64,000 bases of DNA from Macrostomum lignano (lineage: Eukaryota): the NCBI GenBank assembly GCA_002269645.1, contig NIVC01001879.1:62001-126000 (forward strand), written 5' to 3'. Each line of letters starts with the position of its first letter. Within the stretch, counting starts at the first letter, position 1. The notes beneath the pieces are model-generated. The model was not told the origin of the DNA. It did no database searches and worked only from the letters and a program-made list of their open reading frames with translations. Below, piece by piece: positions 40,829-55,400 of the stretch. A program made the translations under genes and the position numbers.

Positions 40829-41117
40829 CAGGGGCGGCGTCACCGGGGGAGGAGGGGACATGTCCCCCTAGTAAAAGCTATGGGGGGACATGCCAAAGCT
40901 TTGTCCCCCCCCCAGGCCCGTTTTGAATATGAATAATTTTGCTTCAGGGCGACAAAACAGGGTCTGCGGCGCTAAAATGAGTGCCCGCGGCGCTAAAATA
41001 AGCGCTGACAACACCAATTCTCTAAAAATTGTACATATAGGAATTTAGTCATGTACATGTACATGCATAATTCTTGGCTTTGTCCACCCCACCATAAAAT
41101 CCATAGCGACGCCAGTG
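40829..41117. mobile_element. hAT-type MITE, 289 bp, perfect 8-bp TSD
   Basis: TSD CCAAGAAG at 40821-40828 and 41118-41125; imperfect TIRs CAGGGGCGGCGT / CACTGGCGTCGC. Confidence 0.85.
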
Positions 41118-41255
41118 CCAAGAAGCGTCCCAGCGTCCCTTACCGACTCGTTGCAAGTAATACGTAAATAGGAAAGAAGTGACTCTGCCTTGGTTTGCTC
41201 TGAGGCGCGCTTATCTTCCGGCTCTCGCTAACCTTAGTCAATTTTTTGCTGAATC

Positions 41256-44150
41256 ATGTCTGACTCTGTTAAAGTCCTACGTGAGAGGCTGCAAGGTCTA
41301 GGCTTGCCAACGTATGGCAATAAGGGTGATTTGATAGAACGCCTATTTCAGCATTGTCACACACTGGCCTCTGAACTGCAAAGTGGAGAAGCGGAGGCAT
41401 CAGACCAGTGCGTGAGCGGGGCGAGATCGACGGTAGAAAAAGGGAACGAGGCGGCCGAGCTACCGAGCGACGCGGGGGCAGCGGCGGCAACCGGAGGCCC
41501 AGGGTCTGGCGCGGCTGACGGCCTGGAAGCGGAGCAGCGGATCCGCCTGTTGAAGCTGCCAAAAGAGGAGGTCTGCTCCAGGCGGAGGTCAGCCAGCTGC
41601 AGCAACAGCCGGCCACCTCAGAGCTCCATGGTGAGTTCTTCGATGCCTTTATGTCGGAGGAGGCGCATACTAGGAAGCAAGAGATAGGGCTTAGAGAAGG
41701 CAGTCCCTACCGCATCACTGAGTTCATCGGTGGAGACGTTGACCGATGGGAGACTGGGTAGCTGGCAATGCACGCATCATGCTAAGAATGCTAGATGATG
41801 GCAGACTGGTGAAGCGAGGGGATGGTGGTTGCTCTGATGTGTCGGAGCTACGTGACTACCTGCACTGCACTGTTCGCATCGGTGAGCTGTTCGACTTCGG
41901 TTTCGAGAAGGCGCGGGTGCTGAGATTCGACAATGAGTGCCGGCTTGGTGACTCGCCTGGGAGGCGCGTGGTTCAGACATCGGCCTGGTGGCCACGTACA
42001 ATTGATGGCGCCACAAAAGGGCGAGGTCGCTGCAGAGAGACCGGTTAGGAGGAGCCAGGGCATCTGTTTCGATTTCAACAAGGAGGCTGGGTGCAGCAGG
42101 AGGAACTGCCGGTTTTCTCATCTGTGCCGGCGATGTGGTCAAGGCCATTCGGAAGCGGCCGTGCACGGGGGCCCAGCTGCGGAGGCGGGAGGGCTTCGAC
42201 ACAGACTGAATGGCGGTGAAGTTTTTAATTCCCGGATTTTATCTACCCACATGAATCTGACGGAGTGTAAGGAGGAGCTGAGTGTTGTAGATGTGCCGCG
42301 GGATCGTAAGAGTTTCATTTTGGATGGAATGACCAGTGGGTTTCGTATCACTAACGTTCCGGCCAGCAGCAGCGATAGGATCGAAGTCAGCAACTACAAC
42401 TCTATCAATGTTTTTATGGAGGCGGTGGAGAAGCAGATCGGCAAAGAGGTTGAGCTGGGCTGTTACCGCCTGTGCCCGAAGGGGCAGCGGCCTGAGATTG
42501 TGAGTGCCATCGGTGTCTTGCCGAAAGACAACGAACGGGTGCGCCTGATTCACGACTGTAGCCGGCCGGCCAGTGGCTGCGTCAACTCGATGTGGGTCGG
42601 TCAGGAGAAGCTGCACTTTTCTTGCGCGGAAAACTTTGCCAGGAAGTTGACTAGAGGGTGCTGGATGACCAAAGTCGACCTGAGAGAAGCTCATCGCGTG
42701 CGGTTGGTGTGCACCCTGACGACTTCAGCCGGACTGGAATCAAGTTTCGCGCTTTCGGAACTCCAACACTGCGTCCCACATGTACGACACCAGGCTACCC
42801 TTTGGAGCGGCGGCTTCGGTGACGTGCTTTCACCGGCTCAGCGAGCGATGAAGCTGATGATGGTGCGGAGAGGTTTCATCAGGACTGAGGCGTACTTGGA
42901 TGACTTTGCCTTTTGTGGTTCGCGTGAGGACTGTCAGAAATTTTCCGATTAGATGACTGACCTCGTGACTCGCTTGGGATTTACTTTCAACTGGGGACTG
43001 GGGCTAGTGTCAGCGGCCCTCTCAGCGTATGTCCTTCTTGGGTGTCGAGTTTGACACTCTAACCGGAGTGAAGAAACTGTCGGATGAGAAGGTGGAGAAG
43101 CTTGTCTGTCTGCTGGAGCTGGAAGCGGGAAAAACCAGAATTAGTCGGCGGTCATTGCAGCATGTGATTGGTAAGCTCGGTTGGGCGGCGCGGGTTATCT
43201 GTTCTGGGCGCACATTCATGCGGGAGTTGATCGATTGTTGCAAATGCTCTTCGGCCAGGGCAGCGGATGAAAAATATCGCTGAGCGGCTGCGGAGCTTTT
43301 TTCAGTGGTGGACAGTCTCGTTGAAGTTGTGGCCATCGAGTTGAATGATGTTGCCATCGAGTCGGATGCTTGCGGAAGAAGCAGTGCGGCGGTGCTGCGA
43401 ATGTCCAATGGTTTCTGGGACTGGTGCTATGTGGACTGGTTGATGGCCATGCGGACTTGGCGTTTGTAGAGCTGCCCATCAACTACAAAGAAGCGGTGGC
43501 ACCGCTGCTGGGCGTCATCCGTTGGAGGGAGCAGCTCAAGGGCTCCAGGAGCAGCATCTATTGCGACAACCAAGCCGCCTGCCACATTATCAGCAAGGGC
43601 GTTTCCAATTGTGCGCCACTGCAGCGGCTGCTGCAGACGGTGGCACTCACGTGCCTGCGTTATGGGATTAGTGTTCGTGCTTTCCCCGTGTCGAGCGAGT
43701 TCCAGATTTTTGTGGATGCGGCTTCTCGGCTGCATGAGCCTAGCCAGTTGTTAAACTTTGTCATGGTTCTGTGTGCCAGTGGGCGCTGGCGACTCTGCAC
43801 GTGCATGCTTTCTGCTAGTGGGGTCTGCTCCGCAAGTCTAGCCTGCTTCCCCGCAGAGCTAAGGGCCCAGAACCCATGCAGCGCTCCAACCTGCAGAGGT
43901 ACCCCAGGGGTCTTGTCCTGCGCTGCGATTTCGAGAAGACCATCGGACAGTTTAAGGAGCGCGTGCATCTGTTCCTTCTTCCAAGACTGGCTCGGCGGTT
44001 GGCACTGTGCCCTGACGCCGCCCTCGAGCGACACATCTGAGAATCGGCTGGTGTCGGCTGATCAGCTTCTCTTGTCGCTCTGCTATGCCCGGGGCAACCG
44101 ACGTTTGATGACGGGCCCGCAGTTTCTTTTTATTTCTCTTCGATTTTTAT
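41256..44150 (+). mobile_element. Decayed Ngaro/DIRS-type retrotransposon (SAP-gag, CCCH finger, RT, RNase H; YR largely lost)
   Basis: SAP-like LRERLQGLGLPTYGNKGDLIERL; ICFDFNKEAGCSRRNCRFSHLCRRCGQGH; RT PKDNERVRLIHDCS, KVDLREAHR, YLDDF; RNase H INYKEAVA, YCDNQAA. Many frameshifts. Right boundary approximate. Confidence 0.85.
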
Positions 44151-46011
44151 TCGGCTGTGTTTCAGTGTTGGTCACTAAGATGCAGTGACGTTTTATTGTC
44201 GGAGACTGAGATGACTCCGGAGCGCTTCTATAATGACTCTGCAAGGGCCGTAGAGTCGTACATGTATCTGAAGCGTACCAGAGTCGCTGTAAAATCACCG
44301 AGTAGCCTCTAAAGCGCATCTGCGTCACTATGAGTGTTAAAATCGCATTTTGAATTAATAACAACTCTAGTCTGCTTGAGTTAGTAGAAAGTTAATCACT
44401 GACACGACGACTCTTGGACGATTCTTTCGCGACTCTTACGATTCTGCAGTTCACGTGATGCGCACGTGACTCAACAGTCATCTCTCCGTCGCATTATAGT
44501 CGTTTCAGTCGTTAAAAAGTCACAAGAGCCGCTAGAGCATAGACCTTATACTCGTATTTCCTAGATAAGCCACTCAGCGAGTAGCGACCACAAGCATGCC
44601 CATAGAGCCTTTGTATTTCTTGAAAATTTTTGCGACTACGGTATCAGATCAGTAGCTTGTACGCGTATCAAGGGATTTTTATGGTAAATTTAGCTATTTT
44701 TAGTATAAATGCTTGCAAATGAAGTTTCTTTCACTTGAAGTAACGAACGAAAAACTTATTCAAATAAAACAGTTAAACATGTAAACGAAAATCGAGAGTG
44801 GGAGCAGGAGAATCGCCTATTGAGAGTGGCCTATCTAGGGAATAATGCGCTGTCTGTCTGTCTGTCTATAGAGTTACTAAACATGAGTCGTCTTAAAAGT
44901 CCTTAAAAAGTTTAGAGAGTCGCTGGAGTCACTATAATGAGCTGTTTGTAATGGTAGATTATGTAGTAGGTCAGGGAGGTAAATAATGGCCGAAACACAA
45001 GTGCACATAGCGCGAGTCTTACGGACGTTACTGCGAAGAGGCTAGAGCTCTGTTTGGGAGAAAAGAAGCATAGAAGGTTTGCCGAGGGCCAAAATTTCAG
45101 CAGAGTACGTGGGTTGAACCATAGACAAAAAGCAAAGAAATGCTTGATATGAAAAGGTTCAAGTAACGTAAAACTTAAGTTAAGAAATACCGGTCAAGGA
45201 GTTCTAACAATAGAACTCCCTGACCAGATCATGGTGCTTAATGCGCGTTCTAGGGTTAGAAGTTCGTGGCGAGCGAAGCGAGATCTGATATGAAATCTGA
45301 ATTGCCTTTTTGTAGCTTTCTATCTCCCCCGCATTTCAACCATAGACAAATTTTCAATAAAGTTAAGAATCATTAATGCAAAAATAGTATAGGATTACAT
45401 ATTTCATAGAAAATCATGGCAGTTTGCTGCACATCCATCCATAATGTAATTTTTGACGGCCTTCATTTCAGAGCCCATTCAACGGGTCAGCACTGCTATC
45501 CAGTAGGATTCAGGCTTGGTGCACACAAATTATAGGGATTAGAGAAAGCTAATTAATATAAGAATAAACCAACAAACAACACATTACAACTAATTATTAA
45601 GCGTCGATAAAAAGAGCATTATCGAATAATGTGTAATAATGTAGTCGCTGTGCACGAATATGTATTTAGACACACGCATGTTTATATAGAAGACCAATTT
45701 AAGACGCTTGAAAGATTAAAAGAGCTTATATAAAAAAAGATTTACACATACATCAGGCCAATTCAATTAGTTAAATTATCAATCAAAATCTGAATTAAAT
45801 AATTAAAACAATATCCAGATAATAATGGTAGGTTTTCAACTACTGAGAAGCGTAAATTTAGCACACCAATTAGAAATAGTGCCTGTATCTATAGTCCTAG
45901 AATATATAAGATATAACTAAATCAACTGGAATATTATATAGCCATCTGTCAATTTATTGAGGCATCATAATAAGTTTATAAATAAACATTATTTAGTGCT
46001 TAGTAACAAAT

Positions 46012-46207
46012 CAGGGACGTCGCCACCGGGGGAGGGGGGAAATGCCAATGCTTTGTCTCCCCCACTCCAACTTGAATTAACCCGTTATGGAAATTTATAA
46101 TTTTGCTTCAGGGCGCTAAAATGACGCCAAAACGCCACAATTTAGTCATGTACATGTACAATTCTCGGCTTTGTCCCCCCCACCATAAAATCCATGGGGA
46201 CGCCCCG
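46012..46207. mobile_element. hAT-type MITE, shorter copy of the same family
   Basis: Starts CAGGGACGTCGCC and ends GACGCCCCG; 8-bp TSD TAACAAAT / TAACCAAT (1 mismatch); internal blocks shared with the 40829 copy. Confidence 0.8.
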
Positions 46208-46427
46208 TAACCAATAATTATGAAAAGAGATAATATTAATAGTGCAACAGGCTTATTATAACAGTGATAATGACTCCCCAAACAATACACTGGATAATGG
46301 AAATTCAGCGAACATATTCCTTATTAATATGTAATTTGTTTTTGCCATTATTTGCAAACAGCAGCACCACCCTTTCACTTCATTTCAATGAATCCAAAAG
46401 TGAACGCCAAGCCAGGCAGATTCGACG

Positions 46428-49400
46428 TTAATCCCGACGGAAAGTCCTACCGGACATAGTCTTCTTCTCCTTCTGCTCATTGGCATAGGACGGCCTGGCT
46501 CTATTAAGGATGGACAAGAACTCGTTAGTCTTGGCCCGCATCCGCATATGAATATAGACCTTGCTGCACTTGATTTGATAGTGCAGATAGTTGCGGAACA
46601 TGTGCACCAAGTCGATGGTCTTGTCGCGAGCCTCCGGCGATGTGTGCCGAGGAAACAGCACGAAGGTGACGTAGGCGACATTGTCAGCAACCAGAGCGTC
46701 AGTGCCGGCAATGCTCGACGGCGGATTCTTATGAGAATAGAGCACCTGCGGCGCCTGGTTGAAATCTCTGCGCGATTCAACAAACTCTTGAAGGAACACT
46801 TTGCCAACAATGATATCGTCGGGGTCGCGGAAAACCACGCTAAAGATGACGGTGACGCGGTCTGGGAGCGCCTCGACGTACCTGAATAGATGGGGAAGGT
46901 AAAAATATAACACCTTACTTACACCTGCAACTAAAATACCCCCACCCCCACCGGACGCTCAACGGCCAGAAAATTGTTCGTATAGGGGGAGTGCCTGTGC
47001 CAAGTCGCACCTGAACCGGTTTAATTAGTTAGCTATGTATAGATACACGTTTGCGCTTCAACTGTGGGACTTACCCCATGCCATCCCATTCTTCAGGTCC
47101 ATTAGTGAAACGGCCTATCCTTCAGGCTCTTGAGTATGATGACACCCCACCCCATCCTTCAGGTTCTTCAGTGTGAGTGAAACCCCATCCTTCAGGTTCT
47201 TCAGTGAGTGACACCCCATCCTTCAGGTTCTTCAGTGTGAGTGAAACCCCATCCTTCAGGTTCTTCAGTGAGTGACACCCCATCCTTCAGGTTCTTCAGT
47301 GTGAGTGACACCTCATCCTTCAGGTTCTTCAGTGTGAGTGAAACCCCATCCTTCAGGTTCTTCAGTAAGTGACACCCCATCCTTCAGGTTCTTCAGTGTG
47401 AGTGAAACCCCATCCTTCAGGTTCTTCAGTGAGTGACACCCCATCCTTCAGGTTCTTCAGTGTGAGTGACACCTCATCCTTCAGGTTCTTCAGTGTGAGT
47501 GAAACCCCATCTTTCAGGTTCTTCAGTGTGAGTGAAACCCCATCCTTCAGGTTCTTCAGTGTGAGTGAAACCCCATCCTTCAGGTTCTTCAGTGTGAGTG
47601 AAACCCTATACTTCAGTGAGAGTGACACTTCGTCCTTCAGTGAGAGTGACACTTTATCCTTCAGTGAGAGTGACACTTTATCCTTTAGTGAGAGTGACAT
47701 CTTATCCTTCAGTGTGAGTGACACTTCATCCTTCAGTGAGAGTGACACTTCATACTTCAGTGAGAGTGACACCCCATCCTTCAGTGTGAGTGACACCCTA
47801 TCCTTCAGTGTGAGTGACACCCCATCCTTCAGTGTAAGTGACACCCCATCCTTCAGTGTGAGTGACACCCCATCCTTCAGTGTGAGTAACACCCCATCCT
47901 TCAGTGTGAGTGACACTTCATCCTTTAGTGAGAGTGACACTTCATACTTCAGTGAGAGTGACACCCCATCCTTCAGTGTGAGTGACACCCTATCCTTCAG
48001 GGTGAGTGACACCCCATCCTTCAGTGTGAGTGACACCTTATCCTCCAGGTTCTTCAGTGTGAGTGACGACACCCCATCCTTCAGGTTCTTCAGTGTGAGT
48101 GAAACCCCATCCTTCAGTGTGAGTGACACCCTATCCTTCAGTGTGAGTGACACCCCATCCTTCAGTGTAATTGACACCCCATCCTTCAGTGTGAGTGACA
48201 CCCCATCCTTCAGTGTGAGTGACACTTCATCCTTCAGTGTGAGTGACACTTCATCCTTTAGTGAGAGTGACACTTCATACTTCAGTGAGAGTGACACCCC
48301 ATTCTTCAGTGTGAGTGACACCCTATCCTTCAGTGTGAGTGACACCCCATCCTTCAGTGTGAGTGACACCTTATCCTCCAGGTTCTTTAGTGTGAGTGAC
48401 ACCCCATCCTTCAGGTTCTTCAGTGTGAGTGAAACCCCATCTTTCAGGTTCTTCAGTGTGAGTGAAACCCCATCCTTCAGTGTGAGTGACACCCTATCCT
48501 TCAGTGTGAGTGACACCCCATCCTTCAGTGTAATTGACACCCCATCCTTCAGTGTGAGTGACACCCCATCCTTCAGTGTGAGTGACACTTCATCCTTCAG
48601 TGAGAGTGACACTTCATCCTTTAGTGAGAGTGACACTTCATACTTCAGTGAGAGTGACACCCCATCCTTCAGTGTGAGTGACACCCTATCCTTCAGTGTG
48701 AGTGACACCCCATCCTTCAGTGTGAGTGACACCTTATCCTCCAGGTTCTTCAGTGTGAGTGACACCCCATCCTTCAGGTTCTTCAGTGTGAGTGAAACCC
48801 CATCCTTCAGGTTCTTCAGTGTGAGTGAAACCCCATCCTTCAGGTTCTTCAGTGTGAGTGAAACCCTATCCTTCAGTGAGAGTGACACTTCATACTTCAG
48901 TGAGAGTGACACCCCATCCTTCAGTGAGGGTGACACCCCATCCTTCAGTGTGAGTGACACCCTATCCTTCAGTGTGAGTGACACCCTATCCTTCAGTGTG
49001 AGTGACACCCCATCCTTCAGTGTGAGTGACACCTTATCCTCCAGGTTCTTCAGTGTGAGTGACACCCCATCCTTCAGGTTCTTCAGTGTGAGTGACACCC
49101 TATCCTTCAGTGTGAGTGACACCCCATCCTTCAGTGTGAGTGACACCTTATCCTCCAGGTTCTTCAGTGTGAGTGACACCCCATCCTTCAGGTTCTTCAG
49201 TGTGAGTGAAACCCCATCCTTCAGGTTCTTCAGTGTGAGTGAAACCCCATCCTTCAGGTTCTTCAGTGTGAGTGAAACCCCATCCTTCAGTGTGAGTGAC
49301 ACCCCATCCTTCAGTGTAAGTGACACCCCATCCTTCAGTGTGAGTAACACCCCATCCTTCAGTGTGAGTGACACTTCATCCTTCAGTGAGAGTGACACTT

Positions 49401-52400
49401 CATCCTTTAGTGAGAGTGACACTTCATACTTCAGTGAGAGTGACACCCCATCCTTCAGTGTGAGTGACACCCTATCCTTCAGGTTCTTCAGTGTGAGTGA
49501 CACCTCATCCTTCAGGTTCTTCAGTGTGAGTGAAACCCCATCTTTCAGGTTCTTCAGTGTGAGTGAAACCCCATCCTTCAGGTTCTTCAGTGTGAGTGAA
49601 ACCCCATCCTTCAGGTTCTTCAGTGTGAGTGAAACCCTATACTTCAGTGTGAGTGACACTTTATCCTTCAGTGTGAGTGACACTTCATCCTTCAGTGAGA
49701 GTGACACTTCATACTTCAGTGAGAGTGACACCCCATCCTTCAGTGTGAGTGACACCCTATCCTTCAGTGTGAGTGACACCCCATCCTTCAGTGTAAGTGA
49801 CACCCCATCCTTCAGTGTGAGTGACACCCCATCCTTCAGTGTGAGTAACACCCCATCCTTCAGTGTGAGTGACACTTCATCCTTTAGTGAGAGTGACACT
49901 TCATACTTCAGTGAGAGTGACACCCCATCCTTCAGTGTGAGTGACACCCTATCCTTCAGTGTGAGTGACACCCCATCCTTCAGTGTGAGTGACACCTTAT
50001 CCTCCAGGTTCTTCAGTGTGAGTGACACCCCATCCTTCAGGTTCTTCAGTGTGAGTGAAACCCCATCCTTCAGGTTCTTCAGTGTGAGTGAAACCCCATC
50101 CTTCAGTGTGAGTGACACCCTATCCTTCAGTGTGAGTGACACCCAATCCTTCAGTGTAATTGACACCCCATCCTTCAGTGTGAGTGACACCCCATCCTTC
50201 AGTGTGAGTGACACTTCATCCTTCAGTGTGAGTGACACTTCATCCTTTAGTGAGAGTGACACTTCATACTTCAGTGAGAGTGACACCCCATCCTTCAGTG
50301 TGAGTGACACCCTATCCTTCAGTGTGAGTGACACCCCATCCTTCAGTGTGAGTGACACCTTATCCTCCAGGTTCTTCAGTGTGAGTGACACCCCATCCTT
50401 CAGGTTCTTCAGTGTGAGTGAAACCCCATCTTTCAGGTTCTTCAGTGTAAGTGAAACCCCATCCTTCAGTGTGAGTGACACCCTATCCTTCAGTGTGAGT
50501 GACACCCCATCCTTCAGTGTAATTGACACCCCATCCTTCAGTGTGAGTGACACCCCATCCTTCAGTGTGAGTGACACTTCATCCTTCAGTGAGAGTGACA
50601 CTTCATCCTTTAGTGAGAGTGACACTTCATACTTCAGTGAGAGTGACACCCCATCCTTCAGTGTGAGTGACACCCTATCCTTCAGTGTGAGTGACACCCC
50701 ATCCTTCAGTGTGAGTGACACCTTATCCTCCAGGTTCTTCAGTGTGAGTGACACCCCATCCTTCAGGTTCTTCAGTGTGAGTGAAACCCCATCCTTCAGG
50801 TTCTTCAGTGTGAGTGAAACCCCATCCTTCAGGTTCTTCAGTGTGAGTGAAACCCTATCCTTCAGTGAGAGTGACACTTCATACTTCAGTGAGAGTGACA
50901 CCCCATCCTTCAGTGAGGGTGACACCCCATCCTTCAGTGTGAGTGACACCCTATCCTTCAGTGTGAGTGACACCCTATCCTTCAGTGTGAGTGACACCCC
51001 ATCCTTCAGTGTGAGTGACACCTTATCCTCCAGGTTCTTCAGTGTGAGTGACACCCCATCCTTCAGGTTCTTCAGTGTGAGTGACACCCTATCCTTCAGT
51101 GTGAGTGACACCCCATCCTTCAGTGTGAGTGACACCTTATCCTCCAGGTTCTTCAGTGTGAGTGACACCCCATCCTTCAGGTTCTTCAGTGTGAGTGAAA
51201 CCCCATCCTTCAGGTTCTTCAGTGTGAGTGAAACCCCATCCTTCAGGTTCTTCAGTGTGAGTGAAACCCCATCCTTCAGTGTGAGTGACACCCCATCCTT
51301 CAGTGTAAGTGACACCCCATCCTTCAGTGTGAGTAACACCCCATCCTTCAGTGTGAGTGACACTTCATCCTTCAGTGAGAGTGACACTTCATCCTTTAGT
51401 GAGAGTGACACTTCATACTTCAGTGAGAGTGACACCCCATCCTTCAGTGTGAGTGACACCCTATCCTTCAGGTTCTTCAGTGTGAGTGACACCTCATCCT
51501 TCAGGTTCTTCAGTGTGAGTGAAACCCCATCTTTCAGGTTCTTCAGTGTGAGTGAAACCCCATCCTTCAGGTTCTTCAGTGTGAGTGAAACCCCATCCTT
51601 CAGGTTCTTCAGTGTGAGTGAAACCCTATACTTCAGTGAGAGTGACACTTCGTCCTTCAGTGAGAGTGACACTTTATCCTTCAGTGTGAGTGACACTTCA
51701 TCCTTCAGTGAGAGTGACACTTCATACTTCAGTGAGAGTGACACCCCATCCTTCAGTGTGAGTGACACCCTATCCTTCAGTGTGAGTGACACCCCATCCT
51801 TCAGTGTAAGTGACACCCCATCCTTCAGTGTGAGTGACACCCCATCCTTCAGTGTGAGTAACACCCCATCCTTCAGTGTGAGTGACACTTCATCCTTTAG
51901 TGAGAGTGACACTTCATACTTCAGTGAGAGTGACACCCCATCCTTCAGTGTGAGTGACACCCTATCCTTCAGTGTGAGTGACACCCCATCCTTCAGTGTG
52001 AGTGACACCTTATCCTCCAGGTTCTTCAGTGTGAGTGACACCCCATCCTTCAGGTTCTTCAGTGTGAGTGAAACCCCATCCTTCAGGTTCTTCAGTGTGA
52101 GTGAAACCCCATCCTTCAGTGTGAGTGACACCCTATCCTTCAGTGTGAGTGACACCCCATCCTTCAGTGTAATTGACACCCCATCCTTCAGTGTGAGTGA
52201 CACCCCATCCTTCAGTGTGAGTGACACTTCATCCTTCAGTGTGAGTGACACTTCATCCTTTAGTGAGAGTGACACTTCATACTTCAGTGAGAGTGACACC
52301 CCATCCTTCAGTGTGAGTGACACCCTATCCTTCAGTGTGAGTGACACCCCATCCTTCAGTGTGAGTGACACCTTATCCTCCAGGTTCTTCAGTGTGAGTG

Positions 52401-55400
52401 ACACCCCATCCTTCAGGTTCTTCAGTGTGAGTGAAACCCCATCTTTCAGGTTCTACAGTGTGAGTGAAACCCCCTCCTTCAGTGTGAGTGACACCCTATC
52501 CTTCAGTGTGAGTGACACCCTATCCTTCAGTGTAATTGACACCCCATCCTTCAGTGTGAGTGACACCCCATCCTTCAGTGTGAGTGACACTTCATCCTTC
52601 AGTGAGAGTGACACTTCATCCTTTAGTGAGAGTGACACTTCATACTTCAGTGAGAGTGACACCCCATCCTTCAGTGTGAGTGACACCCTATCCTTCAGTG
52701 TGAGTGACACCCCATCCTTCAGTGTGAGTGACACCTTATCCTCCAGGTTCTTCAGTGTGAGTGACACCCCATCCTTCAGGTTCTTCAGTGTGAGTGAAAC
52801 CCCATCCTTCAGGTTCTTCAGTGTGAGTGAAACCCCATCCTTCAGGTTCTTCAGTGTGAGTGAAACCCCATCCTTCAGTGTGAGTGACGCCCTATCCTTC
52901 AGTGAGAGTGACACTTCATACTTCAGTGAGAGTGACACCCCATCCTTCAGTGAGGGTGACACCCCATCCTTCAGTGTGAGTGACACCCTATCCTTCAGTG
53001 TGAGTGACACCCTATCCTTCAGTGTGAGTGACACCCCATCCTTCAGTGTGAGTGACACCTTATCCTCCAGCTTCTTCAGTGTGAGTGACACCCCATCCTT
53101 CAGGTTCTTCAGTGTGAGTGACACCCTATCCTTCAGTGTGAGTGACACCCCATCCTTCAGTGTGAGTGACACCTTATCCTCCAGGTTCTTCAGTGTGAGT
53201 GACACCCCATCCTTCAGGTTCTTCAGTGTGAGTGAAACCCCATCCTTCAGGTTCTTCAGTGTGAGTGAAACCCCATCCTTCAGGTTCTTCAGTGTGAGTG
53301 AAACCCCATCCTTCAGTGTGAGTGACACCCTATCCTTCAGTGTGAGTGACACCCCATCCTTCAGTGTAAGTGACACCCCATCCTTCAGTGTGAGTAACAC
53401 CCCATCCTTCAGTGTGAGTGACACTTCATCCTTCAGTGAGAGTGACACTTCATACTTCAGTGAGAGTGACACCCCATCCTTCAGTGAGGGTGACACCCCA
53501 TCCTTCAGTGTGAGTGACACCCTATCCTTTAGTGAGAGTGACACTTCATACTTCAGTGAGAGTGACACCCCATCCTTCAGTGTGAGTGACACCCTATCCT
53601 TCAGTGTGAGTGACACCCCATCCTTCAGTGTGAGTGACACCTTATCCTCCAGGTTCTTCAGTGTGAGTGACACCCCATCCTTCAGGTTCTTCAGTGTGAG
53701 TGAAACCCCATCTTTCAGGTTCTTCAGTGTGAGTGAAACCCCATCCTTCAGTGTGAGTGACACCCTATCCTTCAGTGTGAGTGACACCCCATCCTTCAGT
53801 GTAATTGACACCCCATCCTTCAGTGTGAGTGACACCCCATCCTTCAGTGTGAGTGACACTTCATCCTTCAGTGAGAGTGACACTTCATCCTTTAGTGAGA
53901 GTGACACTTCATACTTCAGTGAGAGTGACACCCCATCCTTCAGTGTGAGTGACACCCTATCCTTCAGTGTGAGTGACACCCTATCCTTCAGTGTGAGTGA
54001 CATCTTATCCTCCAGGTTCTTCAGTGTGAGTGACACCCCATCCTTCAGGTTCTTCAGTGTGAGTGAAACCCCATCCTTCAGGTTCTTCAGTGTGAGTGAA
54101 ACCCCATCCTTCAGGTTCTTCAGTGTGAGTGAAACCCTATCCTTCAGTGTGAGTGACGCCCTATCCTTCAGTGAGAGTGACACTTCATACTTCAGTGAGA
54201 GTGACACCCCATCCTTCAGTGAGGGTGACACCCCATCCTTCAGTGTGAGTGACACCCTATCCTTCAGTGTGAGTGACACCCTATCCTTCAGTGTGAGTGA
54301 CACCCCATCCTTCAGTGTGAGTGACACCTTATCCTCCAGGTTCTTCAGTGTGAGTGACACCCCATCCTTCAGGTTCTTCAGTGTGAGTGACACCCTATCC
54401 TTCAGTGTGAGTGACACCCCATTCTTCAGTGTGAGTGACACCTTATCCTCCAGGTTCTTCAGTGTGAGTGACACCCCATCCTTCAGGTTCTTCAGTGTGA
54501 GTGAAACCCCATCCTTCAGGTTCTTCAGTGTGAGTGAAACCCCATCCTTCAGGTTCTTCAGTGTGAGTGAAACCCCATCCTTCAGTGTGAGTGACACCCT
54601 ATCCTTCAGTGTGAGTGACACCCTATCCTTCAGTGTGAGTGACACCCCATTCTTCAGTGTGAGTGACACCTTATCCTCCAGGTTCTTCAGTGTGAGTGAC
54701 ACCCCATCCTTCAGGTTCTTCAGTGTGAGTGAAACCCCATCTTTCAGGTTCTTCAGTGTGAGTGAAACCCCATCCTTCAGTGTGAGTGACACCCTATCCT
54801 TCAGTGTGAGTGACACCCCATCCTTCAGTGTAATTGACACCCCATCCTTCAGTGTGAGTGACACCCCATCCTTCAGTGTGAGTGACACTTCATCCTTCAG
54901 TGAGAGTGACACTTCATCCTTTAGTGAGAGTGACACTTCATACTTCAGTGAGAGTGACACCCCATCCTTCAGTGTGAGTGACACCCTATCCTTCAGTGTG
55001 AGTGACACCCCATCCTTCAGTGTGAGTGACACCTTATCCTCCAGGTTCTTCAGTGTGAGTGACACCCCATCCTTCAGGTTCTTCAGTGTGAGTGAAACCC
55101 CATCCTTCAGGTTCTTCAGTGTGAGTGAAACCCCATCCTTCAGGTTCTTCAGTGTGAGTGAAACCCTATCCTTCAGTGTGAGTGACGCCCTATCCTTCAG
55201 TGAGAGTGACACTTCATACTTCAGTGAGAGTGACACCCCATCCTTCAGTGAGGGTGACACCCCATCCTTCAGTGTGAGTGACACCCTATCCTTCAGTGTG
55301 AGTGACACCCTATCCTTCAGTGTGAGTGACACCCCATCCTTCAGTGTGAGTGACACCTTATCCTCCAGGTTCTTCAGTGTGAGTGACACCCCATCCTTCA

